A stretch of DNA of 64,000 bases from Felis catus (GCF_018350175.1 NC_058368.1:138448001-138512000), one strand, 5' to 3'. Positions 36,029-48,699 are shown, counted from the first letter of the stretch. The notes: a model not told the origin generated them from the letters alone. Translations and numbers: made by a program.

Positions 36029-38204
36029 ACATCTCTCCTTCATAACCAGCCACATACTTTCTCCCTATGAGCCCACATGCAGGCAGAGACAGCCCAGAGT
36101 GCAGAGACCCTCATACATGTTCAGATGGCAGAGATACCAGGAAGACAGTGTTCGTTCCTTTGTGGAAACCCGTGAGTCCGTGATCTATTCGAGTAACTAA
36201 GTACTCCGATTTTACTAAATGACATGCATGAGAGACACAGGGAGAGATGGAGGCCGGGAGGGAGAGAGAGACCGAAAGAGATCGAGTTGCAAAAATATCT
36301 GCTGTGGACTGTCCACGTGGGGCAGGCACAGCCCTCGGAACATCATTGTTTGGAAGGAGCCAGGTCAGGAAGCACCGGAAGATAGTGGAGTCTGAGAGTC
36401 ATTTAGGGGACTTGGTCAGTGTTATCCGCCAGTCAAATTCCATGCAGTTCTCTGAACCTCAGTTCTTCTGTAACATAGCGTGATTGTACTTGAGCTCTAT
36501 TGGTCCTCATCCAGTTTCAGCCTTCTGAAATTCCTACTGAAGTTGGTAGGCCAGGACAGAGAAGGCTTTGGGGTAAAAGCAAACGTTTTAGAGCGGGAAA
36601 TGCCAAGAGAGGAGGTTTATTAGGTGGGAATAAGTTTATGATACAGCTCAGGACCTCACAGTGGTCTGTGTCTACAAGGGTGGCACTGTAATTACAAGGA
36701 ATTTTAAAGGGAGCGTTCCAGCCAGGAATAATATAATTTCAGTCTTTTCTCCAGCTTCTCAGTGCCTATGCACATGAACTTATTAAGCCCTACAGACTCC
36801 CAGAATGGGTTGTAAGTATCATTGTATCTTTCAGGCAATAAAAAGGAGCTATGGCCACAGAGAGCGTTGCCTCTGTGTTCCCAGAGTTACCCGGTAACTC
36901 ACTGGTCCTCCAGGGGTGGTCTGGGCCTCCCTGGTGGTCTGCAATGGATTTCCAGAGGTCTGCGGGTTGGTCTCGAGTAGTCGTGCTTCATCAAGAACAT
37001 TGTCTCTGCTTATGCTCCAGAAGTGATTCATCATTTACTTACACTCCATCTCCTGTAGTTTGCCGTATTTCAGCGCCATTCTTCTAGTTTCCTCTTGTGA
37101 TATTGTCCATGCTTACCCTGCAATTATTTTTTACAATCCTAAATTTTTGAAGGTCTTAGGTGGGCTGAGTGTCCTCTCCTCCTGACAAAGGACCCCTTTC
37201 CTCTAAAGTGGTAGCTTCTCTGGCTCATCCCGGCTTCTGCTTAACATCAGGTCCCGTGATGCCCTGTTTCAGCCCTGTAACTGGGTGTGGCAGTATTCCG
37301 AAGTTATCTGCTGTTTTAGTGACAGTGGTTTTTCTCCTCCAAAGGCAGGTGTTACTTGTCAATATATCACCCAGACTGTGCTACTCTGTTGCCTAGTAAA
37401 TGTCGAAGGAAGGAAACCATGAAAAATAGAGAAGTTATTTGTAGGTCAAGGTTGGTTCCTGGGAATCAAGGGTTTCATTTTAGAAGAGACAGGAAAAGAA
37501 GGCACACATGCCCACTCAAACAATTTATTAATAAGGGATTTGTTTTCTTTTGCTGTTGGCTGCTATTTCAAAGGCTCTTGTAAGTAAACAGGGTTGGATA
37601 TTTTTTAAAGCAGTAACTCTTTGCAAAATTTTACATTTCAAGTGGAAGTTTCTATCTATTGGCTCGATGTTCAAAAAAATCGATCCTGAGATCTCCGGAA
37701 CCTTTTTAACATTTTTGGTCTGTTTGTTTGACAATAAAATTTCACATCTGGGCTGACAAGCCTGGTGCCAAGTTTTAACCTAATGCAATTTTAAATGGAT
37801 GAGCTGTTATGCTCAAGCAAGCAGTAAGACTCAGGCTTCTAATGGAATTCCTTGAGGGTCCTTCACCCACGGCTTGCTCAGATAATGACAATGTAGCTCT
37901 GAGGGACCAGTGGACTCAGATTCCTGCCAGAGACCATCTTTCTGAAGAAGACATACTGCTTTTTAACTCACTCTTCATTAGTTAGTTGTCGGGCAGGGCC
38001 CAACGATCTGGCCTCTTCCGTTTATATCATCTGTTGTAGTAAGTGCTTCCTGTAAGCCTGGATGGGAGACGCAACTCAACAGTGACCCCGTTTATTCAAA
38101 CTAGTCTTTCTTCAGAGGGCTTCCACTCCCATGTTAATTTCTTACTGCTTTTCTTTCCTCTGCAGGCCGATAGGACTTCATTCAAAACCTATTGTTAAGA
38201 TTCT

Positions 38205-38418
38205 TCTTATTAATACTGAAAAAAAAATTTAATGTTTATTTTTGAGAGTGTGCGTGTCAGCGGGGGAGGGGCAGAGAGAGAGGGAGACACAGGATCCGAA
38301 GCAGGCTCCAGGTTCCGAGCTGTCAGCACAGAGCCCCATGCGGGGCTCGAACTGACCGTGAGATCATGACCTGAGCCGAAGTCGGACACTTAACCCGACT
38401 GAGCCACCCAGGCACCCC
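38205..38418 (-). mobile_element. Can-SINE
   Basis: TSD tgttaagattct at 38193-38204 and 38419-38430. Confidence 0.93.
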
Positions 38419-38429
38419 TGTTAAGATTC

Positions 38430-38752
38430 TATAACAATAAACCCCGAAGCATATAACAGCTCAAACGTGATCAAGGTTTATTGTTTCTCACTTACATAAA
38501 GTTCGAAATATACTTCCAGTTGCCCGGCCGCTTGGCTTTAATAGGTGATGCTAGGGCCAGGGTCGCTCTGCCATCTGTCACACGTGTCCCATCTGCATTA
38601 ACCCAGCATTAAGAGAAAGGGCACAGCAACTCATAGCTGGGAGGTGTCTGAGGGCCAGGCCTGGAGCATCCCGTCTCGCTTTTCATGTTCCTTTAATCCG
38701 AAGAAGCCCTGCAAAGGGGAAAGAGGAAACGGACCAGAGCTGGTCTCTGCCT
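38430..38752 (-). mobile_element. Ancient MaLR LTR (MLT1K/L-like)
   Basis: ctataacaataaacccc...aaggtttattgtttctcacttacataaag...gggccaggcctggag...gtctctgcc. Confidence 0.5.
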
Positions 38753-39439
38753 CCCCTCAGCTCCAGCCCTAACGCATGGTTCTAGAGCACCCCCTCCCCC
38801 CTTCCCTCTGGCACAGGGGCTGTTACAGAGTTGCATCTAGCCTTAGTACTAAGCGTGGTCTCTGGGAGAATGAATGGATGAATTTCAGCCAGAAGAGGCA
38901 TAATGTGGACATATTTTGTGAATCTTGGACTTCCTTATTGTGAGGAGAGCTGAGCAGACGTAGCTGGTAAGGTCATGTTTTGCACAACTGAAAAAAGCAT
39001 TCTTCTCTTTGCTAATTATAATATGTGCTCATCGTAAAAATTCAGAAAAAATGCTGAAACTATTTTAAGGCAGGAGATAAAAACCACCCCTAATCTCTTT
39101 TGCGGAGAGATGCTAAAAATTGTCTTGTTTATATACTCTGATGGATTTGTTATATGCCTGTAATTTAAATGAATTTGTGTTCACAAAACTGAGACTGTCC
39201 AGCATGTAGTGTCTTGCCATTTGCTTTTTGACTTAACAAGATACGTTATAAACATCGATATTACTCTATTGTACGGACAGGCATGAGAATAATTGAAAAA
39301 TGCACTTAGCTTAGCAGAACAGGTATGAACTGGGTGGGCAGCGAGACCTGGATTATGTTATTTTGTTAATTGGTTTATTCCCATGGCAGGATACGGTATC
39401 TCGCTCATGGTAGATGACCCATAGTGTTGTGATCTGGCC

Positions 39440-39596
39440 TCAGCAAGGTCGAACTTGGTGTGCATAGAGATCACATGGGGATCTTGTTAAAAACACAAAG
39501 GTTCAAACATTCATGAGGTGTAGATGGGCCTCGAGATCCTACAGTTTCAACAAGCTTCTGGGCGACGCCCGTATTGCCACATACTGAATAAAAAGG
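39440..39596. mobile_element. hAT-Charlie MITE (MER5-like)
   Basis: gcatagagatcacatggggatcttgttaaaaacaca...caacaagcttctgggcgacgc. Confidence 0.6.
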
Positions 39597-39604
39597 ATCT
39601 AAAC

Positions 39605-39850
39605 TGGCGGTCCTCAGCTGGGGGTGATTTTGCCCGCTGTGGACCTCCGGCACTGTCAAAAGGTATTTTTGGTTGTGCAGCTATGGAAGCTTGGAGTGGG
39701 GGAGATGTTTGCGGTGGAGGGGGCAGGACAGCTACTCGTGTCTAAGGGGAGGCCAGGGATGCTGCTTCGCATCCGACAACGCACAGAACGGCCCCCGCAA
39801 CGAGGAATCCCGTGGCCCAAATTGTTCGTAGTGCCACTGTCGAGAGACTG
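39605..39850 (+). mobile_element. MER20 (hAT-Charlie MITE)
   Basis: gggggtgattttgccc...atttttggttgt...gaggccagggatgctgct...ggcccaaa; 8 bp flanks atctaaac/atctactc. Confidence 0.85.
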
Positions 39851-40429
39851 ATCTACTCTTCCTCAAGCAGTTTTCTCCTCTGAAGCACAGAGCGCAGAAA
39901 CAGGGTGTAAGTTGATGAGTTATGTATAATGGATGCTTTAGGGAGTTCAAGCTTAATTCTTCCCCCTAACCCTAATATACTGCTAGTTGTGCTACTATTT
40001 TGTTTCAAGGATTAAGGGAAGCCACAGTCTCACACTTTGTTTTCTCTCTCTGTCTCTCCTTCTCTCTTTGCCTCCCTCCCTCTCTTTTTTCTCTTTGCTT
40101 CCTTCCTTCCTTTCATGGAGAGAGGGGTCTGTAATAATTACTTGCATTGCAGTTTAGCTCTCCTTGAGGGTGAAATGAATAACTGATGGGAAAAAGTTAG
40201 AAATCTATAGAATGCATGTATTACTTAGTTGGAGGGCATTCAGAGGAGCTTCTCATAAAGCTGTGGCCCTAATGGACCAGTTTTAATACAGAGTTGCAGC
40301 CAGTGAAGTACAGTCCAGCCACCAAAGGTACCCAAATTCTGTATGTGAATTTCTTGAACACAATGGAAGAGATAGAACGGAATCCAACAGTATTTTAAAA
40401 CAAAGAAAACCAACAAAACTTTTGTTTTC

Positions 40430-40431
40430 TC

Positions 40432-40476
<45 letters not shown>
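40430..40476. repeat. (TA)n(TG)n microsatellite
   Basis: Seen directly. Confidence 0.93.
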
Positions 40477-40478
<2 letters not shown>

Positions 40479-40758
40479 CCTGTTCCCTTTCTTTTGATCC
40501 AAATCCCCCTCTATTCCTCCACTAGCCTTAACTGTCCAGCCTTTTTGTATTCCTCCCTAGTTCCTCGTAATTCTGTGTCCTTAACGGCCAAAAGACCCAG
40601 CCTCGCAGAGAACAATTTTCCTTGAAGGACACAAGAGATAAGAATCTCTATGAACAAAATCAAAATTCTCTTTAGAAGAGAGAAGAGAGGATGGAGATAA
40701 ATATATGGGCATACATATACAGACATATACATATACCTATTACATACCTATACATATA

Positions 40759-41246
40759 GTATTCGGATGCTCCAGAGAAATAGAATCAGTAAGATATGTG
40801 GAATTGGCTCACATGATTATGGAGGCTGAGAGGTCCCAAATCTACAGTCTGCAAGCTGGAGACCCAGGAGAGCCACTGGTATAAGTTCCAATCCTGATTC
40901 CAAAGGCTTGAGAACAGAACTGATGGTATAAATCCCAATCCTAAAGCCATAGGCTCAAGACCCAAGAAGAGCCAATCTTTCAATTTCAGTCCAAAGGCGG
41001 TAAAAGACTAATGTCTCAGCCATAGGCAGAAGGAGTTTCCTCTTACTCAGTCTTTTTGTTCTAGTCAGGTCTTCAGCTGATCGCTCAAGCCCCCCCCCCA
41101 CCCCCCCATTAGGGAGGGACACCTGCTTTACTCAATCTCCCAGTTCAAATGTAAATCTCACCCTCACCGACACAGGCAGAATCATGTTTGACCAAGTATC
41201 TGGGTACGCGGTGGCCCTCAAGTTGTCACTTCCAATTAACCGTCAA
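40759..41246 (-). mobile_element. ERVL solo LTR (MLT2B-like)
   Basis: gaattggctcacatgattatggaggctgagaggtccca...gcaagctggagacccaggagagcc...tgtttgaccaagtatctgggtac. Confidence 0.85.
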
Positions 41247-41739
41247 TATATAGTATTGATATAGTATCGATGACTTTTCTCCTGCCCCATCAGTTTGCAC
41301 TTACGAGAATGTTCTGAGCCTCCCATAAGGGTGTCTAGATGGAGCTACTTCTGCTGACCTAAATTATCATGGAGTTTCCTCTGCAGTTAAGTCATTTTGA
41401 GCCAAGGCACACGGTATGACGTAGACGGAGGGGAACACGGGGCTGTGAAGAGGGATGTCTGCTTGCAGGGCCCTAACTTTGAGCGGAGTTGTTAACTGCA
41501 GAGGATAGAGTTACAAAGACCTGCATCCAAGGCCAGTTTTGCTTCACTTTTCTGACCCTTAAAATGCGACACAGAATCCCTGCAGAGGATTTCTCTCTGA
41601 ATGAACAGGGCGAGTATGTTGGGAATGCCCAGCACAGTGTTTGAAACGTGGCCGTCGCGCGATATGTAGCAGGTGCGACAGGAGGAGAGTGAGGTGACTG
41701 AGAAGTGGTTACCTGCGTCCTTGGGAGGTACTCCAGCCT

Positions 41740-41890
41740 TCTAGGCTGGACACCCAGCTAAACACCTTACAGCTGTGTGACCTTGGGCGGGCTGCAGACG
41801 GCTCCAAGTCTACATTTCTGAGCGGGTCAAATGAGGGTAAATTAGACACGCTAACCTAATACTTGACACAAAGTAAGTGCTTCAGGCAGT
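41740..41890 (+). mobile_element. MIR SINE relic
   Basis: agctgtgtgaccttgggc...acacaaagtaagtgct. Confidence 0.5.
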
Positions 41891-42014
41891 TTCAAATCTG
41901 AAGCACACAGCTCCACCCTTTGTTGATTCTTGAACAGCACCTTCGTCCGTAGGGCAGTGAATTATTCCAGCCTTCCTGGAACAAAGGGAGGCCCCTGTTT
42001 TAAAGGAACACTTG

Positions 42015-42253
42015 AAAAAAACTTTAAAAAAGGGGGGGGCACCTGGGTGGCTCAGTCAATTGAGCGTCCGACTTCAGCTCAGGTCATGATCTTACGGTCC
42101 ATGGGTTCAAGCCCCGCATGGGGCTCTGTGCTGATGGCTCACAGCCTGGACCCTGCTTCGGATTCTGTGTCTCCCCCTCTCTCTGCCCCTCCCCTGCTCA
42201 CACCCTGTGTCTCTCTGTCTCTCAATAATAAACGTTACAAAAAATTAAAAAAA
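42015..42253 (+). mobile_element. Can-SINE with an A-rich 5' extension
   Basis: TSD taaaggaacacttg at 42001-42014 and 42254-42267; SINE head starts at ~42036. Confidence 0.92.
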
Positions 42254-43951
42254 TAAAGGAACACTTGGCTAAATATCAGGCGACATTCGCGGGTCTTGCC
42301 AGACCCAAAAGGAACTCATAGATTCTTATTAGGTAGCTGCGAAAAGATTGAATTCCAAGAAACAGGTATCCTGCTGATGGGATTTTCGACAACCTCTCTC
42401 AGATCACCTCCCCACACGGGGCTCTCTCTGTGTGTGTCTCTCTCTCTCAAACAAAAACTGACCACTCTCCTGCTGGTAAGATACCTTTGTCTTGAATAAT
42501 CTCGCGTGTCGGAGCAAATGTGGAGGATGCTCCCTTCCCAAGGAGGTGCTCAGAGAAATATGTCATTTAAGGCGCTGCTTGGTGGACACGATCTCGGCAC
42601 AGGTTTTCTCTCTGCAAGGTGACCAGCCTCCATTATCGATAACGAAGATGACTGACAGAGGGGACACCCGATTGCCACTCCTCCCTTCCCGTTTAAATGC
42701 TCTAGCAGGTCACAGGATGGTCCAAGCTGGCGGTACCATGTGCTCGTGATGGCAGGATTCCAAGGCTGCATGTTCACAGAAGAAGGAAAAATGCTAACTC
42801 TGCAGCTGACCCCGCAGGACTATCCCAGGGTTCCTGCAGCACGACCAGACATATTAGTGCTTGCCAGTGGCTCTGATGTGTGGTCAGGGTGCACAACTAC
42901 AGACTTAAAGGCTCTTGGATGCTCGGGACGATCCCGTTCCTTCCCACCGGGAGCCGTGTCCTTATTTAACCAAGTGCCTTGCCAGTTTCTGTCAGATGTC
43001 TCTTTCAAGCAATGGCACCCTCCGTGGGGCCAGATGGCCTCGTTCCTCTGGTCTCCAGGTGTCTGGTGTTTACCCTGGAGCAGAGCTTGAGTTCCCCCCC
43101 CCCCCCCCAGTTACGTAAGTCAGGGACACTTACAGACATGACATTAGCTAGAGAATATTTGCTAAGCAAATTGATACTGTAAATAAGATGAGAGGGAGGC
43201 AGGGTGTGGGTCTAAATGTTAAAATGCCTAAGGATAAACTGGATGCAAGCCTTTTAAAAGCATCCACTAATACTTAATTTTAAATTACTTAAGTTCATTA
43301 AAAAATTTACCCTACCTGTCTACGTGGCCATGCATTCCTGACCTCTGTCTGTTTATATTGGAACCTGTATGAAGGAAGCAGCTGTTCTCTGACCCACGGG
43401 TTTCATCTATGGCTCGAACACCCTCAGCACGCCAGCCTGTGGGTTCGAATGAAATGCCATGACCGTTGCTGCCCGTGTCTTTGAAACCCCTGACTCCCAA
43501 GCGTTCATTTAGTGCCTAGCGTGGTCCCCCCACATATGTGCGGGACTTCCCACAGAGTGCCTTCTGTCCATCTGTGAATCCGCTTGGGGACATTGCCTCC
43601 CCCTGCCTCTGCTGTTCCTGTTCGGCCTCCAGGGACCCCTGCTGCCTCCTGCTCTGACCTCAACCACCCTGCACCGCATGACCCTGCCTCCCAGAGCCGC
43701 ATTCCTGCCTTTGACCTGGACCCCTTCCGAAAGACCTCCGCCTGGCCAAGGTTCAGCTAATTCGCCCTGGCCACCACCACAGCTATCAGTCACCAGGGGA
43801 CAATGACAGCTTCACCGTCTCCTGTAAATTAGAAAGGAAAACACTCCCTCCCTCTGTGTCACCTTCCGATGGGGGGGTGGTCCCACAGCATGGTTCCTTG
43901 GGCCTCAGATTTTGCTGGGTTTATTGCAACACCTGTCAGTTTACACACCCA

Positions 43952-43987
<36 letters not shown>

Positions 43988-44484
43988 CAAATGCCAGCCG
44001 GGAGGGTTCTATATTCCATGGAACAGGTTCCGGGAACATCTCTTCCACACTGAGCTGCGGGAAGACCCTGTCGTTGGGTCCGCCTGATTGGGCTGTGTTT
44101 AGCTTTTTATTCCATATAGTGAATCCTCCCTTGAGGAATGCGCTTTTCCCAGCCCCTGTCCGCGCATGCCCCACCACACCACGGCTCCAACTATGTCCAC
44201 ACACATTTGAATCCCATGGAAGGCCTCATTTGGGTAGCACCCCACCCCCCACTCCATGTTATTCGGTTGTCGCAAATAGATTTGGGGGTGGGGGTGGGAC
44301 GCGAACAAAAAAAGGGGTGAAAGGTGGGTATCCAGCCTTCCCGCAATCAAGTACATATTTACTAATCTCAGATTTTAGATAGCCAAGACCTTTGTTCTCT
44401 TTGACTTCATTTTTGCATTTTCTTTAATCAGTCTCCGTCAGTGAGTTCACGCACTTTAGACGTTCATCTGCTTAATAAACTTCT

Positions 44485-44563
44485 TTCTTAAGAAATGTTT
44501 ACTTACTTATTTGTGAGAGGGAGAGAACCCCAAGCAGGCTCCACCCTGTCAGCCCAGAGCCTG
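44485..44563 (-). mobile_element. 5'-truncated Can-SINE fragment
   Basis: gagagggagagaaccccaagcaggctccaccctgtcagcccagagcctg. Confidence 0.8.
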
Positions 44564-44792
44564 CAAACTTGTAACCTAGGGGGAGCACCGATAGGGAAAA
44601 CAGACGTATGTTGCGGTTGATATCTGGAAAAATTACCGTGCATATTGTCCATTGGTGCAATGCTAATTTTTAACCCTGAAAGTGATGAGAAATGACAAGT
44701 ACTTGCATGTAAGATTATTGTCCTGTACACATAATTCCAGAGCTCAGAGAGTGAATAATGGAATATGTACAATAACACCATACGTCTCTATA

Positions 44793-45009
44793 GTTTTCTT
44801 CTTTTTAAGTTGATTTATTTTGAGAGAGAGCACAAGAGCGAACTTGAGTGGACAAGGGGCAGAGAAGGAGCGAGACAGAGAATCCCAAGCAGGTTCCACA
44901 CTCTCTGCACGGAGCCAGACACAGGCCTCCATCCCATGAACCCTGAGATCATGACCTGAGCGGAAACCAAGAGACAGACGCTTAACCAGCTGAGCCATCC
45001 AGGGGCTCC
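44793..45009 (-). mobile_element. Can-SINE, older subfamily
   Basis: Full diverged body; flanks gtctct(a/g)ta. Confidence 0.9.
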
Positions 45010-46309
45010 TGTCTCTGTATTTTTTTTTTTTTAAAGGCTCTTCATTTCAAGTTTACTCAAATTTCCCAACTCTTTGTTTAGAGAGCATTCTAAGAGATCT
45101 GGAAAAATAATTTGTGGGAGACCAGAACATTTTAGTGTGAAGTCTTTGAGCCCCATCTCTGCCTCACCACATCCCCCGCAAAGAGAGCTTTTCTAGAATG
45201 CTTAGAGAGCTGGAGCAATAGTTAACTAGACCTTGCCTTTGATTCTTTGGTTTTGTTCTCTACGTCTTGCCTTTCAGGTTGCATCTTCTCGCATGGTTTC
45301 CACCAGTATCCCTACGAAACAATGGTGCTTTGACGTGTGTATCCAGCCCTGATCTCTGTTGAATCCTGGATACGTAACTCCCCAGAGCCACACCTGGCAG
45401 TCCTTTCCCCCTTCATCTACAACACAAGGTCTAAAACCAGATCCACTCATCTCTTTGTTCCCAAACTAGGTCTGTTTCCAGACTTGTCCACTTCAGTCAT
45501 TCTATTTTGTAATTTTAGTTACGGTACGAAAACTTTTCAGAGGACTGAGAGGCTTTAAATACTTCTCAAAGCACGGGAGGCTTTTATAAAAAGTATCCCC
45601 CCCCCCCCAACACAGAGATAGAAGTGTTTCATTTCTCTTATTGTCCTTCTGAGGGAAGGAACAAAGCTGCAAGACCATCAGATGAACGTGGTGGCTGTAG
45701 GAGGAAGTGTGAAGGAGGCAAGCTACCGTCTCTTGGCTGAGACGGTAAGTGGGCAAGGATTCCTGGGCCAGATGCTATCTCGGAATGCAGTCAGCGGTCT
45801 AGAGCCATGGGCCCCACATCCCCAGCATCCCAGGGGCGCAGGATGTGGGTACAGCACTTCTCCTGGACGTGAGGTAGTGCTTCTTGCGTGGCCACCTGTA
45901 GATGGGCACTGAGACTGCAGAGGATGTCACCGAGCACAGCTGCCGCCATGTCCCTGTTGGGTCTTTGCTTCTAGCCTGACTCAGACCGGGTGCGGGAGCT
46001 GGCTGGACCTGAGCGTTCTGTTGAAGTCTGAACACATTCTGTGCTTTCCGGTGTTCCTCTGGCTAAGCTTTGCTTTTCCTATCCATTTACCCCCAAGTGG
46101 GAAGCCACAGCTGTCGCTGCTCACAGCCCGTTGCCATGGTCTCTTTCCACACCAATGTCAAGGGTAGGAATGTGGACTGACAGCTGACACTGACCAGCTC
46201 TTTGTCTTCTTGTCGAATAGGGCATATTCGGGGGCAGCTGAACTAGCCCCCCTTTCTTTTTATGTTTATATTATTCTTCCGAGATCCAAGTTTCTCTTTG
46301 TGGCTGAAA

Positions 46310-46531
46310 GCACTGTAGCCAGGCTATCTGGGTTCAAATCTTATCTCCACTATTTTATAAACTGGAAAACTGGGCAAATTACTTAACCTCTCTGTGCCCC
46401 AATTTTCTTATCTAGGGGATAATGGGATTATTTTCTTATCTAGGGAATAATGGGACTATTATGTGAATTAAATGAATTAACCTACGTAAAGAACTTAGAG
46501 TAGTGCTTGACTTAAAATAAGTGCTACCTCT
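46310..46531 (+). mobile_element. MIR SINE with an internal 28 bp tandem duplication
   Basis: ctgggttcaaatc...gggcaaattacttaacctctctgtgcc; duplicated unit at 46402-46429 and 46430-46457. Confidence 0.8.
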
Positions 46532-46738
46532 GGGGCGCCTGGGCGGCTCAGTTGGTTAAGCGTCCGACTTCGGCTCAGGTCATGATCTCACAGCCTGTGA
46601 GTTCGAGCCCCGCGTCGGGCTCTGTGCTGACAGCCCACAGCCTGGAACCTTAGATTCTGTGTCTCATTCTCTCTCTGCCCCTCCCCTGCTTGTGCTCTGT
46701 CTCTCGAAAATAAGGAAACGTAAAAAACAAAATTGAAG
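46532..46738 (+). mobile_element. Can-SINE inserted at the MIR 3' end
   Basis: Full body; degenerate TSD aagtgctacctct/aagcactacatct. Confidence 0.93.
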
Positions 46739-46864
46739 TAAGCACTACATCTTAGAATTTTTATTACTAAAAAGATATTATTGAAATTTTTATGACTAAA
46801 AAGTTATCGCAGCAGTGATCCAGAACACAAGCAACATTCTATCATTTTAAGAAAGGTGTTCATT

Positions 46865-47080
46865 AACAGTAGTTAATAGTTGCTCAACACTTTACAATTT
46901 TAAGGGAGTATATTCACTACTTCACCAAACTGTGTAAAAGAGACAAAGGAGAAGTTTCTGTTCTACCTAACAGAGGAAGCTCAGAGAGTTCTTAATAACT
47001 TGTCTAAGATCACAGGGTTTATAAGTACAAAGTCAAAACTTAAATTCAAGGTCTTTTGGCTCCAAATTTTATACTCTTTC
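46865..47080 (-). mobile_element. MIR SINE relic
   Basis: gaagctcagagag...taacttgtctaagatcacag...aattcaaggtcttttggctcca. Confidence 0.55.
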
Positions 47081-47347
47081 TGCTGTAGCAAGCTGTCTCA
47101 ATTTTTATCGATCTATTCAAATAGTATTTGTTGAGTCTTGACCTGGTATTGGAACAGGTGAAAGGAATTTGCGTGTGATGAAGAAATGGCCACCAACAAA
47201 AAAGACTCAAGTAGACAAAATGATTTATGACCATTCCCCCAAGACTTGTACTCCTCATAAGTATAAGACTTAATTGTTAAGTTGAATACTGGATTGGATC
47301 AACTTCCTATCTCAAGAAAGTAAGAAACTTTACTTAACCTCTCTGTA

Positions 47348-47558
47348 ATTTTCTTTAAGTTTATTTATTTTGGGGGAGAAACAGAGGCAGCGTGAGCAGG
47401 GGAAGGGCAGAGAGAGAGGGAGAGAGAGAATCCCAAGCAGGCTCCACACTGCCAGGGCAGAGCCTGCTGCGGGACTCAAACTCATGAAACTAGGAGATCA
47501 AAACCTGAGCCTCAATCAAGAGTCAGATGATTAACGGACTAAGCCACCCAGGCGTTCC
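47348..47558 (-). mobile_element. Can-SINE, older subfamily
   Basis: Full diverged body. Confidence 0.9.
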
Positions 47559-47589
47559 ACCAAGAAAGTTTCTTCAGGACGTGACCTCC

Positions 47590-47990
47590 TAAATCAGTCA
47601 GAAAATGATTCTAAATATTTTAGCAAGAAGGGATTTAATGCAAGGAACTATGCGCCTGTAACATTATTTTAAGGGCTGAGAGGGGGAGAGTCACAGAGAC
47701 CCTCTGCTACTTTTAAGAAATCATGGAGTGTTTCTAGCAGTTCTACATAGACAAATCACAGGAATTCACCTGGAAGCCACTGCAAATCTCACGCCTATCT
47801 TTCCTGACATTTACCTACCGCTTCCAGAGGGAGAGTAATGGCTAATTCTCTTCTGCCATGGCAGTCTCGTATCAGTACCTTTCATTGGCTGCACCTGAAC
47901 CATAACTGCTGGCAAAGGAGTCTGGGCAGTGTAGTTTCTAGGCTTCCAGCTGTGTGATACAGGGAATAAGCTCAGGGGGGAAGGACATTG
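47590..47990 (-). mobile_element. Ancient LTR (LTR33/LTR78/LTR79-like)
   Basis: gggatttaatgcaaggaact...cattggctgcacctgaacc...ctggcaaaggagtctgggcagtgtagtttctag. Confidence 0.45.
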
Positions 47991-48699
47991 CTAAATGTCC
48001 ATAAATACTATATGATGCTTCTCCCATTCATTTGTAAAATGCCCAATGATAGGGATGATTCTCTTTGGGGCCAGGAGACTAAATATTGTTTAATGGAGAT
48101 AGGTGTCACCCAGGTAAAAAGAGTTGAATGTTCTCCCTTTGTCGCCATCTTAATGGCGTAAAAACTCCCACAGATACTATTTGAGGGTGTTGCTTTTAGA
48201 GAGTTTAGCCTATATGAAGGAAGATGTCCGTCTGATTCTCAGAAGATCTTGGGGTTTGGGATGCTGTCCCTTGTGTTTTGCAAGGAGCAGGTCAGAAGAA
48301 AGCCCTCATGTTTCACCGCCCACATGGCTTGTAAGCCCTGGTTGTGGGTCATAGTCTCTGGAATGGCCATCTGGAAACAAGTAGCGGATCCCCATGCAAT
48401 TTGTGCTGATATCCCTTCATGATGATTCTTTCCTACTTAGAAAGTGCTTTGGTCCAGTCCCCCTATCTTCAGGTGCCTGTGTCCCGTCCCCCTTTCCTTC
48501 CTCCTCCCTTCCCAGTCCAAAGGAAGCCTCGAGGCATAGGGGCCATTAGCCAGAGTCCTTTCTCTATCTTGTTTCCAATTTCAAGCTAACCCAATGCCCA
48601 ATTTCCTTTCCTCTCTTGACCAAACCTGACTCTAATAAATAAAAAATGTTGCCTTTCGAAACTATTATTTCCAGCGTGGGCTGCAAGAGCTTGCTTCGG

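Noticed and set aside
38135..38170. Strong splice-acceptor-like site (others at ~9078 and ~22893)
   Set aside because: No matching donor or reading frame; such motifs are frequent in non-coding DNA.
43956..43982. Isolated long poly(T); similar poly(A) runs at ~13065, 15151, 16159 and 21371
   Set aside because: No TSD or element body, so they cannot be supported as retro-insertions.
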